A program made the position numbers and the translations under genes. From a virus: 45,164 bases of DNA. Below the pieces are notes generated by a model. The model did no database searches and was not told the origin of the DNA. It saw nothing but the letters and a program-made list of their open reading frames with translations. The stretch is from the IMG/VR virus record IMGVR_UViG_3300033059_000110, positions 1 to 45,164 of that record; one strand, given 5' to 3'. Below are positions 33,218 to 40,606 of this stretch, one piece after another. Positions within the stretch are counted from its first letter, which is position 1, and every line of letters starts with the position of its first letter.

Positions 33218-35607
33218 TAAAAAGGACTCATTTCTAAAACATTTTGTGGTTCAGGACTATTGGTGTCATCAACAAATTTAACTCCTGTTATAAATCTGTC
33301 TTTATTGGTTCTTCCCATTTTAATTTTGTCTTTAAAGTAATTTCTTAATTTATATAAAAAAGCGCGCCTTTCCATTACTTTAAAAGGAGGAATTTTTTCG
33401 TCTTCGCAAAATTTTATAAACCTATCGTAAATATCAGAATAAAATAGCCTGTCATTTTCACCCTCTGATAATTGCAGCTTTTGAGTAATAAATGCAAATG
33501 CGACATCAGATAACTGTAATGCTTCAGTATAAACTTCCTCACTTAAAGTCGGGAATTTCGGGTTTTTAACAAAAGCCTGGTAATAACGATAAAGAAAATT
33601 AAAAATCCCCGCACCTTCTTTTTTCAGTTTATTGTCAAACTTTAAGTCCTTTTTCGCATTAGGCCACTTATTATAAAACCTTAAAACCGAAAGCCTTCTT
33701 TTCAGCCCGTAACTCATATCATTAATATGAGGCAAAGAATTGAGGCCAATAATAAGCTTTGATGTATTAATAAAATCAATTATCGTCCTTGCGTAAGTCA
33801 ATCTATATGATAAAGATTCCCCGCCCACTATTCTTTTAAATAAGCCTGTTTTTCGCGTAAGAAAATCATGATCAGAGTCAGAGCAATATGAAATCTGAGA
33901 ATAATTTAACAGCGAAAAATAAGACTTATCCCCCTGCAAAGCCATAAAATCAAATGGAGTAATAGCCCCTGAGCCTTTTGAATACATAAAAGAAATTCCT
34001 TTCATTAAAGAGGATTTTCCGTTTTGCCCCTCCCCGCATAATATCAAGCTTGTCTGGTTTGAAATGTTTGTCCATAGCGCGGAAACAATAAAATAAAAGA
34101 AAAAATCCCGTTCAGTCTGATCATAAAAAGCCCAGTCAACCAGCTCCTCATATAAAGGACACTTAGCAGCCGGATCATACTTGAAATTTAATGAGTAATT
34201 ATTAATGACATTATAATATTCATGCTCATGCAAAACCCCTGTATCAAGGTCCAATATGCCGTTTTTAAAAATCACTTTCCCGTAAAGCTTTTTCTTTTCC
34301 TCTTCCAGAGAAAAACAGTTTCCCCGCACAAACCTATATTCCAGCTCTTTCATTTCTTTTGTTTTTATTTCCTCAATATAATTTTTAAAATGTCTGTTTA
34401 CATAAAGAACACTATGAGGCTCATAAAATTGCTTTTTGGGGTTATAAACCCAAACACTTTCATCCTCACAGCATAAAACTTTTTTCTCAATTTCAAGCCA
34501 TTTAAGAAAGCTGTCAAAATTCACTTCCCCCTTAACTAATGCCCCCTTTTTATCAACATGAACCTTCCTGAACCCGGTGTCTTTATTCGGGTATGCTGTG
34601 ATGTTAAGAGGCTGGTTAAGTCTCCTATGAGGGCAATCAACGCAGCCTTTTCCCGGAACATTTGAATATCGCCATACACTGGCGATATGTTCACAGGATA
34701 CAGGATGCATCTTTAAGGCTTCATCAAACTTTGACTGAAACAAGGCTTCATCAAACTTTTCATAAGCCTCATTAAACCTTTTGCAAAAATCATAAGCTTG
34801 GTTTTTGTTAGGTAAAAACCTGCTTGTAATAGTTAACTGAGCTAACCATTCCTGATAATTTACTTCATTTGCTGCAACCCAGTTCCACCGGATAAAGCGG
34901 CACCCGCTCCATTCTTCCCCTTCCGCACCCATGATAGCCTGCCAATCAATGGGTTTTCTTGTATGAAGGGTTTTTAAGTCAGCATTGCTTTTCTTTGCAA
35001 TGGCCTTATCTTTTAAATTTAAGTGTTTTTTTTTAAAGCTTTCCCACTTTAAAAACTTGTTATGATAAATGAATTTAGAAGGGTTTTCCCTGTCCCCTTT
35101 AATGTAATAAGAGCCGGGAAAGCGCATGGTCCGGCGCGCCTGAAAACTGGCCCGATCAATCTTGAATCCCGGGACATTAAAAGCCCCTCCCCATTTCTCC
35201 ATTAATGGCTTTAACCAGGGCTCTTCATCAATCTGAAAATAAGAATCAAAAAACAAATAAATATGAAAGCCATAACCGGTTTTATTTATGGAATAATCCC
35301 CCGGCTTTAAATCAGCCCGATCATTTAATTCCGACTGCAATTTTTCCAGGTCTATCGTCCGGGTTTTCTTTTTTTCAGGGCTTTCCTGATCAAAATCCAG
35401 GCATAAAAAATTCTGTAATCCGGTGGACTCCATTTTATTTAAATGGATATGGAACAGGTCCAGCCTGTAATGAAGTTCCTGACTTAAATTCAGCTTATAT
35501 TTTTTGGGGTTCAGGAAAGCGTCAATGTGAGAGCCGGTGGCATAAAATACACCCTCAATATTTTTCCCAGATGAAGGAAAAGAAGGTATAAACCTGATGT
35601 AATACAT
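33217..35607 (-). CDS. Primase-polymerase (AEP) fused to a D5/P4-type SF3 helicase
   Basis: AEP motifs LCLDFD, KTGYGFHIYLFF, KIDRASF..RTMRFPGS. Cys cluster CVDCPH. Walker A CGEGQNGKS. Confidence 0.8.
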   Translation of the reverse strand: MYYIRFIPSFPSSGKNIEGVFYATGSHIDAFLNPKKYKLNLSQELHYRLDLFHIHLNKMESTGLQNFLCLDFDQESPEKKKTRTIDLEKLQSELNDRADLKPGDYSINKTGYGFHIYLFFDSYFQIDEEPWLKPLMEKWGGAFNVPGFKIDRASFQARRTMRFPGSYYIKGDRENPSKFIYHNKFLKWESFKKKHLNLKDKAIAKKSNADLKTLHTRKPIDWQAIMGAEGEEWSGCRFIRWNWVAANEVNYQEWLAQLTITSRFLPNKNQAYDFCKRFNEAYEKFDEALFQSKFDEALKMHPVSCEHIASVWRYSNVPGKGCVDCPHRRLNQPLNITAYPNKDTGFRKVHVDKKGALVKGEVNFDSFLKWLEIEKKVLCCEDESVWVYNPKKQFYEPHSVLYVNRHFKNYIEEIKTKEMKELEYRFVRGNCFSLEEEKKKLYGKVIFKNGILDLDTGVLHEHEYYNVINNYSLNFKYDPAAKCPLYEELVDWAFYDQTERDFFFYFIVSALWTNISNQTSLILCGEGQNGKSSLMKGISFMYSKGSGAITPFDFMALQGDKSYFSLLNYSQISYCSDSDHDFLTRKTGLFKRIVGGESLSYRLTYARTIIDFINTSKLIIGLNSLPHINDMSYGLKRRLSVLRFYNKWPNAKKDLKFDNKLKKEGAGIFNFLYRYYQAFVKNPKFPTLSEEVYTEALQLSDVAFAFITQKLQLSEGENDRLFYSDIYDRFIKFCEDEKIPPFKVMERRAFLYKLRNYFKDKIKMGRTNKDRFITGVKFVDDTNSPEPQNVLEMSPF

Positions 35608-35608
35608 T

Positions 35609-36004
35609 TCAATCTTTCTTTTCTTGGATGCTTTGCAATCCTATAGTTTTCCATAGATGAAAGAAAGCTTGAAGTTTTTTAGTCTCAAGTCGGTCCTCTT
35701 TTAATACAAGAAGTTCAGCCCGATCAATGTGCTCATAAAAACGATCATGCTCTTTCCCGAAAAACGCTTGATAAGATACCAAAAACCCTCTTTTTTGTGC
35801 ATTATTCAATGGCTTAATGAAGTCAAAAACATAAGAATAATTTCTTTTTATCTTCTTTTTGAACCATTTAAAAAGGTTTTGCATAGGTTTAAAAGTAGTC
35901 TTTTCTTTAAAAAAATCAATCAATAAGATTGACAAGTTGTGTAAAATCCTGTATAGTCTTTTTTTATCCACAGGGAAAAGGTCAAGCCCTGTTTTAAGTA
36001 ACAA
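35609..36004 (-). CDS. Hypothetical protein (start possibly ATG 35884, giving ~91 aa)
   Basis: The longer version overlaps a consensus rightward promoter at 35929-35957. No SD at either candidate start. Confidence 0.35.
   Translation of the reverse strand: MLLKTGLDLFPVDKKRLYRILHNLSILLIDFFKEKTTFKPMQNLFKWFKKKIKRNYSYVFDFIKPLNNAQKRGFLVSYQAFFGKEHDRFYEHIDRAELLVLKEDRLETKKLQAFFHLWKTIGLQSIQEKKD
35929..35957 (+). promoter_or_regulatory. Near-consensus sigma70 promoter for the rightward lipoprotein moron
   Basis: TTGACA (35929-35934)-N17-TATAGT (35952-35957), ~65 nt upstream of the ATG at 36024. Confidence 0.6.
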
Positions 36005-36023
36005 ACCACAAGGAAGTTAAATT

Positions 36024-36278
36024 ATGAAAGCATTATTAATTTTATTCATGCTTTTCTTTACAGCTTGCACTTCTGTTCAAACCGCATTAGTTGAGCCGAC
36101 CTTTACAAGCTGCACAAAACGCATGATGCCTATGTGTTGGAAGTCTCATGACGAATGCCTTAAACAATACAATATCATTACTTGCAATAAAAGATATGTA
36201 AGATGTGAGAGAGAGGCTTACGGCACTTGTTCGGTCCGGGTTAAGGACATCCCTTTAACCCCGTCTTTCATTTACTAA
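36024..36278 (+). CDS. Small Cys-rich lipoprotein (moron gene 1)
   Basis: AAGGAAG SD. MKALLILFMLFFTAC (lipobox FTAC). 84 aa with several further Cys. Confidence 0.65.
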   Translation: MKALLILFMLFFTACTSVQTALVEPTFTSCTKRMMPMCWKSHDECLKQYNIITCNKRYVRCEREAYGTCSVRVKDIPLTPSFIY

Positions 36279-36297
36279 ACACAGGAGAAAAAACACT

Positions 36298-36552
36298 ATG
36301 AAAAAAATCATAATTCCTTTTCTCATTATTGGCTTCTTTATCGGCTGTGATGTTTTGACGTCCAGTGAAAAAAAAATCATAATAAAAGAAAAGCCTGTTT
36401 ATTATCCAGTGTATCAGTCCTATGGCGACTGTCTTGCTGATGTTCGGAAATTCTGCGCATTAGAAAGATGGCATTGCCTTAAAGACTTTTATTCTGGATA
36501 CTGTAACAGAAAAAAAAGGGAGTGCTTGCACTTTGAAAAACAAAAGTGCTAA
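36298..36552 (+). CDS. Small Cys-rich lipoprotein (moron gene 2)
   Basis: AGGAGA SD. MKKIIIPFLIIGFFIGC (lipobox FIGC). 84 aa with several further Cys. Confidence 0.65.
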   Translation: MKKIIIPFLIIGFFIGCDVLTSSEKKIIIKEKPVYYPVYQSYGDCLADVRKFCALERWHCLKDFYSGYCNRKKRECLHFEKQKC

Positions 36553-36570
36553 TAAATACTCCACAAAAAC

Positions 36571-36597
36571 AAAAAACCCGCTTGCGCGGGTTTTTTT
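36571..36597. terminator. Bidirectional intrinsic terminator
   Basis: AAAAAACCCGC-TTGC-GCGGGTTTTTTT. A GC stem flanked by an A-run and a T-run, between convergent genes. Confidence 0.75.
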
Positions 36598-36671
36598 GTG
36601 CCTATCTCCTGAAAACCATCAATAAAACATAGCCTATTTTAAACGATCTCCAGTCAAGTTATATCAGGTAT

Positions 36672-37181
36672 CTATTTATTTGAGCCGGAACTAAGCTTTG
36701 GGACAAGCTTAGAGGCATCACCGGTTAAAGTCATTGATTTGCTTAGAACATTTTTTCCCAAAGTCAAGCCAGGGCTTAAAGACAGATTTAAAAGCCGCTT
36801 TTTACTTTTTCTAGTCGGGACTCTATAAAAGATGGATTTGTCAAAAGGCCTTCCCTTTTCAGAACTTGGATTTAAGAAAGCCTTTTCTCCTGGATACTTG
36901 TCAATAATGTATTCATTCAGGCCGCCGGCCTTTATGACTTCCTTTAAAAAGTTACTGTTAAAAGATTGCTTTGATTTATTTTGATTAAAATTGAAAGCAA
37001 TTTTTATCAGCTGATCTATTGTGATGTCTTTTTTTGTTTCGTACTCAATGATTTTAAATTCCTGTCCCTGGATAATATAATCTTTAAGGTCTTTTAAAAC
37101 GATATATCCAGAGTGACTGGTATCGTATAATTTCCGATTAGCATATTTCCATATTAAAATCGGCTTGTCTGATACTGTCAT
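36672..37181 (-). CDS. PhaR-like (PHB_acc_N) DNA-binding domain protein
   Basis: ILIWKYANRKLYDTSHSGYIVLKDLKDYIIQGQEFKIIEYETKKDITIDQLIKI parallels the PhaR N-terminus IKKYPNRRLYDT.TS.YItL.Dv..lv..gE.F.VvDak.geDlTrsiLlQI. Confidence 0.65.
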   Translation of the reverse strand: MTVSDKPILIWKYANRKLYDTSHSGYIVLKDLKDYIIQGQEFKIIEYETKKDITIDQLIKIAFNFNQNKSKQSFNSNFLKEVIKAGGLNEYIIDKYPGEKAFLNPSSEKGRPFDKSIFYRVPTRKSKKRLLNLSLSPGLTLGKNVLSKSMTLTGDASKLVPKLSSGSNK

Positions 37182-38110
37182 ATAGTCACCTTTTCAATAG
37201 GCTCTGTTTTATCAAGCCATTTCCCCATTAAAAAATCAACAGATTCACCGGCGCGGTTTAACAGCTTAAAAAATAAGGTCTTATTCTCATTTAAAGCCTT
37301 AAAGTATTTTTTAAGGTATTTGCTATGATGTGTTTTATATTGAAAGTTAAAGTGTCTGCAGAGCATTGCACTTCCGAACTCTGCAATAATCTCCTCTTTA
37401 ATGTACTCCTCATGAGTCGGTTTTTCCTGGAATCTGTCAAGTCGTGATTTATGTCCGGTCCAGTGAATCAATTCATGGAGTATTGTCATGAACCTTGAGT
37501 CTTCATTAGTGAAGCGGTCTTTTGGCAAAACATTGATATAGTCTTTTAAAGGGTGGTAAAATCCCATGACTCCCGGCTGTAATGCAATTGTTTCTTTTAT
37601 GTCGGCATTGACCGCTTTAATAAAGTCTCCAACAGGAAGAGGGAGGATTTCAAGTTCTTTTTTATATAATTCAAAGTTACGAAAGCTTTCCATAGGAAAA
37701 ACATAGCCTGTTTTAAACATTAAAAAACCCTTTTCTTTTTCAGGCTCTGATTGATTGCTTTCGGCTTTCTTTTTGTCCTTTTCTGCAATAAAATCCACGG
37801 GCTTTTCAAGCTGTTCCCGTGTCTTCTTTTCTTTAATAAACATGGGAATTGCAATCAGTAAAGCTTTACTCCCTTTTTTCATCTTTAAGCCCATATCGCG
37901 CGCTTGATGAAAGCCGATAACAGCGCCATAGTTACTCACACCGGGCAATAACCAGTTAAGCATGAAATTGTTAACGCCGGTATAATGTTTTTTTGTGTAG
38001 AAATTATGAATAGGATTAAAGTAATGACATTTCTCAAAAGGGATTTCTCCCTTTTCAAAGTCTTCCAGGACGCGATCCCGGATGTCCCTCATTAGCTCAA
38101 TTGACTTCAT
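37178..38110 (-). CDS. ardC: ArdC-like antirestriction protein (ssDNA-binding N-domain plus HExxH metallopeptidase domain)
   Basis: YTGVNNFML and FHQARDMGLKMKKGSK (ArdC N-domain pattern). LHELIHWTGHKSRLDR...IAEFGSAMLC (ArdC C-domain signature). Confidence 0.75.
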   Translation of the reverse strand: MKSIELMRDIRDRVLEDFEKGEIPFEKCHYFNPIHNFYTKKHYTGVNNFMLNWLLPGVSNYGAVIGFHQARDMGLKMKKGSKALLIAIPMFIKEKKTREQLEKPVDFIAEKDKKKAESNQSEPEKEKGFLMFKTGYVFPMESFRNFELYKKELEILPLPVGDFIKAVNADIKETIALQPGVMGFYHPLKDYINVLPKDRFTNEDSRFMTILHELIHWTGHKSRLDRFQEKPTHEEYIKEEIIAEFGSAMLCRHFNFQYKTHHSKYLKKYFKALNENKTLFFKLLNRAGESVDFLMGKWLDKTEPIEKVTI

Positions 38111-38291
38111 GAATATATTCCCTTAAGTCTCTGTTTTCAATTGCAAGTTCGTCAATCCATTCCATTAAAATGGAGTCTCTGTTATACAGGCTTTTAATTT
38201 CTTTTTTGAATTTAAAAGATTGAATTAATAACCAGATTACTGATAAGGATAAAACTACGACTAGCCGTTTTATTAAATTCTCATTTCTCAT
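38097..38291 (-). CDS. Small single-pass membrane protein
   Basis: 64 aa. TM segment LVVVLSLSVIWLLI. Overlaps both neighbouring genes. Confidence 0.45.
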   Translation of the reverse strand: MRNENLIKRLVVVLSLSVIWLLIQSFKFKKEIKSLYNRDSILMEWIDELAIENRDLREYIHEVN

Positions 38292-38770
38292 AATTCACTC
38301 CCCCGGCCGTCACTGAAAGGATACATGACATGGCCTTTCTTTTCTGTATGCAAATAGCCGAAATAATGCAACATTTCATGAGCTATCAATAAAGTCATGT
38401 TCTCTCCCCGAATGTCTTTATCCTTATTGATGTAAAATAAAGAATAATCCTGTACGACTCCGGCCTCTATTAAATGTCCGGGAAAAGGGTTGTGGACAAT
38501 CGGATTAACGCGGGCTTCAATTTCAGCGCTGCTTAAAATTTCAATCAATATGCCGTCATTCTCTGATAAAGAAACACGATCTCCTAGTTTAAAATTAATG
38601 AAGTCCATTGCCTGATATGCCGCTATCCTCTGATCGTAATTTAAATTAATGATATTAAAAACCCCGTACTCTAAAGGTTTGGCTTTTTGATACGGGACAA
38701 AACAGCCCGCCGCGCTTATTGCAAATAAAATAAATGGGATAAATGGGATAAATGGGATTAATTGTTTCAT
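38288..38770 (-). CDS. Metzincin-type zinc metalloprotease lipoprotein (the ORF track starts at TTG 38812; ATG 38770 is preferred)
   Basis: MKQLIPFIPFIPFILFAISAAGC (lipobox SAAGC). AHEMLHYFGYLH matches HExxHxxGxxH. HVMYP could be the Met-turn. Confidence 0.65.
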   Translation of the reverse strand: MKQLIPFIPFIPFILFAISAAGCFVPYQKAKPLEYGVFNIINLNYDQRIAAYQAMDFINFKLGDRVSLSENDGILIEILSSAEIEARVNPIVHNPFPGHLIEAGVVQDYSLFYINKDKDIRGENMTLLIAHEMLHYFGYLHTEKKGHVMYPFSDGRGSEL

Positions 38771-39307
38771 TTTATATTGCACTAAAAAAGTCTCCTGAAA
38801 TGTGGTTATCAAAAGGACACTTTAACAGAGCTTTATACAGCGTGTCAAGTCTTTTTTATGCATATTGGCAAAAAATAAGACCTTTTAAAAATTACTGTCA
38901 CCTGTTTCAGGGATTGACACGGCTGAAAGTGTTGACTGGTTGTGTTAATATGGGACAGCGTGTTATGAATGGGGTTTCGGGCATTGTCACTGTCACCTGC
39001 TTTGTCACGGCATTGACACGCCGACGATCTTAGCAAATAACTTTAAAGTTGGCTGAAAGGTGACAATGTGCTATTCTTTTAAGGTATTAAATGTCTATAA
39101 AGAAATAGGGCCTTATGACGCGTTGCGCATTAAGCAGAGACCCTTTTCCCATGTAGAAATGTTTGGAACTATTATTTTGTCACTTTGGTTATTGCAACAA
39201 AAGAAGCAGCGCGCGCCGCGTCACTCCCTATTCATAGGACGGCGCATCATTTAAGCTGTGACACGCCGCCGAAAGTGTTGCATTGCTATGTTGCATTGAT
39301 GCAGTGC
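38771..39307. promoter_or_regulatory. ORF-poor, repeat-dense region (candidate origin / operator cluster / noncoding RNA)
   Basis: 537 nt without a credible ORF. CGTGTCA/TGACACG at 38841, 38915, 39014 and 39259. ACTGTCACCTG at 38894 and 38989. GAAAGTGTTG at 38925 and 39271. AT-rich core around 39071-39110. Confidence 0.5.
39195..39219 (-). terminator. Possible weak intrinsic terminator after the 70-aa regulator gene
   Basis: Leftward RNA GCGGC-GCGC-GCUGC followed by UUCUUUUGUU. 5-bp stem with one G-U pair. Confidence 0.25.
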
Positions 39308-39520
39308 TTAATGGAGAGCCGCCTTTCTCCACCCCAGTGCGTGCATATCAGCGTCGATTTTAACCAGTTTTCTGGCAAGCTGAGCTGAGCTAGGGTTAAA
39401 GCCATAGATAGCCTTAAAAACGCTGTATTGATTAATAAAGCTTGTCTTATTGTCATTAAGCAGCCTTGTTATTTCCCTCTTAAAGAGGCTATCTTGCCGG
39501 GCTATCATATCGTCTATCAT
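39308..39520 (-). CDS. Small early protein, putative DNA-binding regulator
   Basis: 70 aa. GGGAGA SD. First gene downstream of the consensus leftward promoter. Flanked on both sides by TGTTGCAWT repeats. Confidence 0.5.
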   Translation of the reverse strand: MIDDMIARQDSLFKREITRLLNDNKTSFINQYSVFKAIYGFNPSSAQLARKLVKIDADMHALGWRKAALH

Positions 39521-39554
39521 ACTGTCTCCCTGTGGTTATGTGACTTAAGGCTTT

Positions 39555-39583
39555 ATTATATGCCAATGACTGCAGCGTGTCAA
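39555..39583 (-). promoter_or_regulatory. Perfect-consensus sigma70 promoter (leftward, early)
   Basis: The reverse strand reads TTGACA (39583-39578)-cgctgcagtcattggca (17 nt)-TATAAT (39560-39555), ~35 nt upstream of the ATG at 39520. Confidence 0.75.
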
Positions 39584-39596
39584 GCCTTATTTATTA

Positions 39597-39648
39597 TGTT
39601 GCAATGCAGACTGTGGCTTGTTGCGCTGTCCTTGTAAAATGTTGCATT
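39597..39648. repeat. Three phased direct repeats TGTTGC[AG][ACT]T (operator/iteron-like)
   Basis: Copies at 39597-39605, 39619-39627 and 39640-39648 (spacing 22 and 21 bp). Two more copies at 39276-39284 and 39289-39297. Confidence 0.6.
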
Positions 39649-39870
39649 AAGCCCTGGATATAGAGAAAGGAATTAAACTTTTTTGCCACAGGAAACAAGA
39701 GACATTGAATTAAGGAAGGGAGTAGGGGGGGGATTTTTTCGTCGGAGCGGTAGTCGTTTCTTCATGCCACCCCGCGCCCTGATGCCTGGTTAAAATTCCA
39801 TGAAAAATTTTTCCTTAAAAAATTCATTACAGCATTAGGCCGCGCTGTGTCATATTATAAAATTTTGGGG

Positions 39871-39899
39871 TTGACTTAAGCGTTCGCGTGTCATATAAG
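39871..39899 (+). promoter_or_regulatory. sigma70-like promoter (rightward, packaging/structural arm)
   Basis: TTGACT (39871-39876)-N17-TATAAG (39894-39899). A second GTGTCATATTATAA box lies at 39847-39860. Confidence 0.5.
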
Positions 39900-40000
39900 G
39901 GTGTTCACTGGCAATCGCCAAATTCAATCCTTTCCTTGTGGTTATTGAAAGATTGAGGCTACAAAACAGTAGGGCTGGAAGGCTCTGCTGTTTTTGTGTT

Positions 40001-40606
40001 ATGCTTCGGAGAATGTCTGAAGAGAGAAAATATCAGAACGCATTGGCTGTGGTGGAGAAGCTTCCTGAGAAGGGGGGGAGGGCTTTTGATTACCAGGAAT
40101 TTAATGCGGATTTGGCTGGGGAGGTATTGGAGTTGGTTGCGAATGGCGGTTCTTTGATAAGAATTTGCAAAATGGAGGGGATGCCGGGGATTTTAACTGT
40201 CAGGATGTGGGAGATTAAGGTGCCGGAGTTCGCAAGGCAGATGCGTGTTGCGGAGGCTTTGAGGGGGAAATTTCAGTATGAAAAGCGGGCGGCTTTATTG
40301 GAGGATGTTGAGAAGGAGATTTACAAAGAGACCAAGAAGGGTAAGAAGTACATGGATATGGGGGCTTTTGACAAGTTCATGAAGCACAGTGAGAGGTTTA
40401 GCATGGTGGGAGATCGGGAACAGGATTTATCTTTGCGAAGGGCGGGCGAGGCGAAGAGTCGGAAGGACGGCGCGCCATCCAGCGCAGCCGGGGGCGTGCC
40501 GAAGATTGAGATTAAGAATCCATTCAAGACGAATGAGGAAGTGGATTTGGAGCAGTATCGCGTGGAGAATTTTGACCATTTGGAGGGAGAAGAGGGCGCG
40601 GGTTAA
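40001..40606 (+). CDS. terS: Terminase small subunit (start uncertain: GTG 39938, ATG 40001 or ATG 40013)
   Basis: FNADLAGEVLELVANGGSLIRICKMEGMPGILTVRMWEIKVPEFARQMRVAE matches the common terS HTH pattern (ei...ia.G.sl..ic...gmPs..tv..W......F...y..A). Immediately precedes terL. Confidence 0.7.
   Translation: MLRRMSEERKYQNALAVVEKLPEKGGRAFDYQEFNADLAGEVLELVANGGSLIRICKMEGMPGILTVRMWEIKVPEFARQMRVAEALRGKFQYEKRAALLEDVEKEIYKETKKGKKYMDMGAFDKFMKHSERFSMVGDREQDLSLRRAGEAKSRKDGAPSSAAGGVPKIEIKNPFKTNEEVDLEQYRVENFDHLEGEEGAG

Noticed and set aside
38752-39637. Short ORFs in the control region (38752-39033 +, 38845-39036 -, 39060-39254 +, 39185-39388 +, 39428-39637 +)
   Set aside because: They have no SD and overlap promoters and repeat motifs. 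They also overlap each other or the SD-preceded 70-aa gene. Their peptide composition is Cys/Arg-rich and odd. The region is more parsimoniously regulatory.
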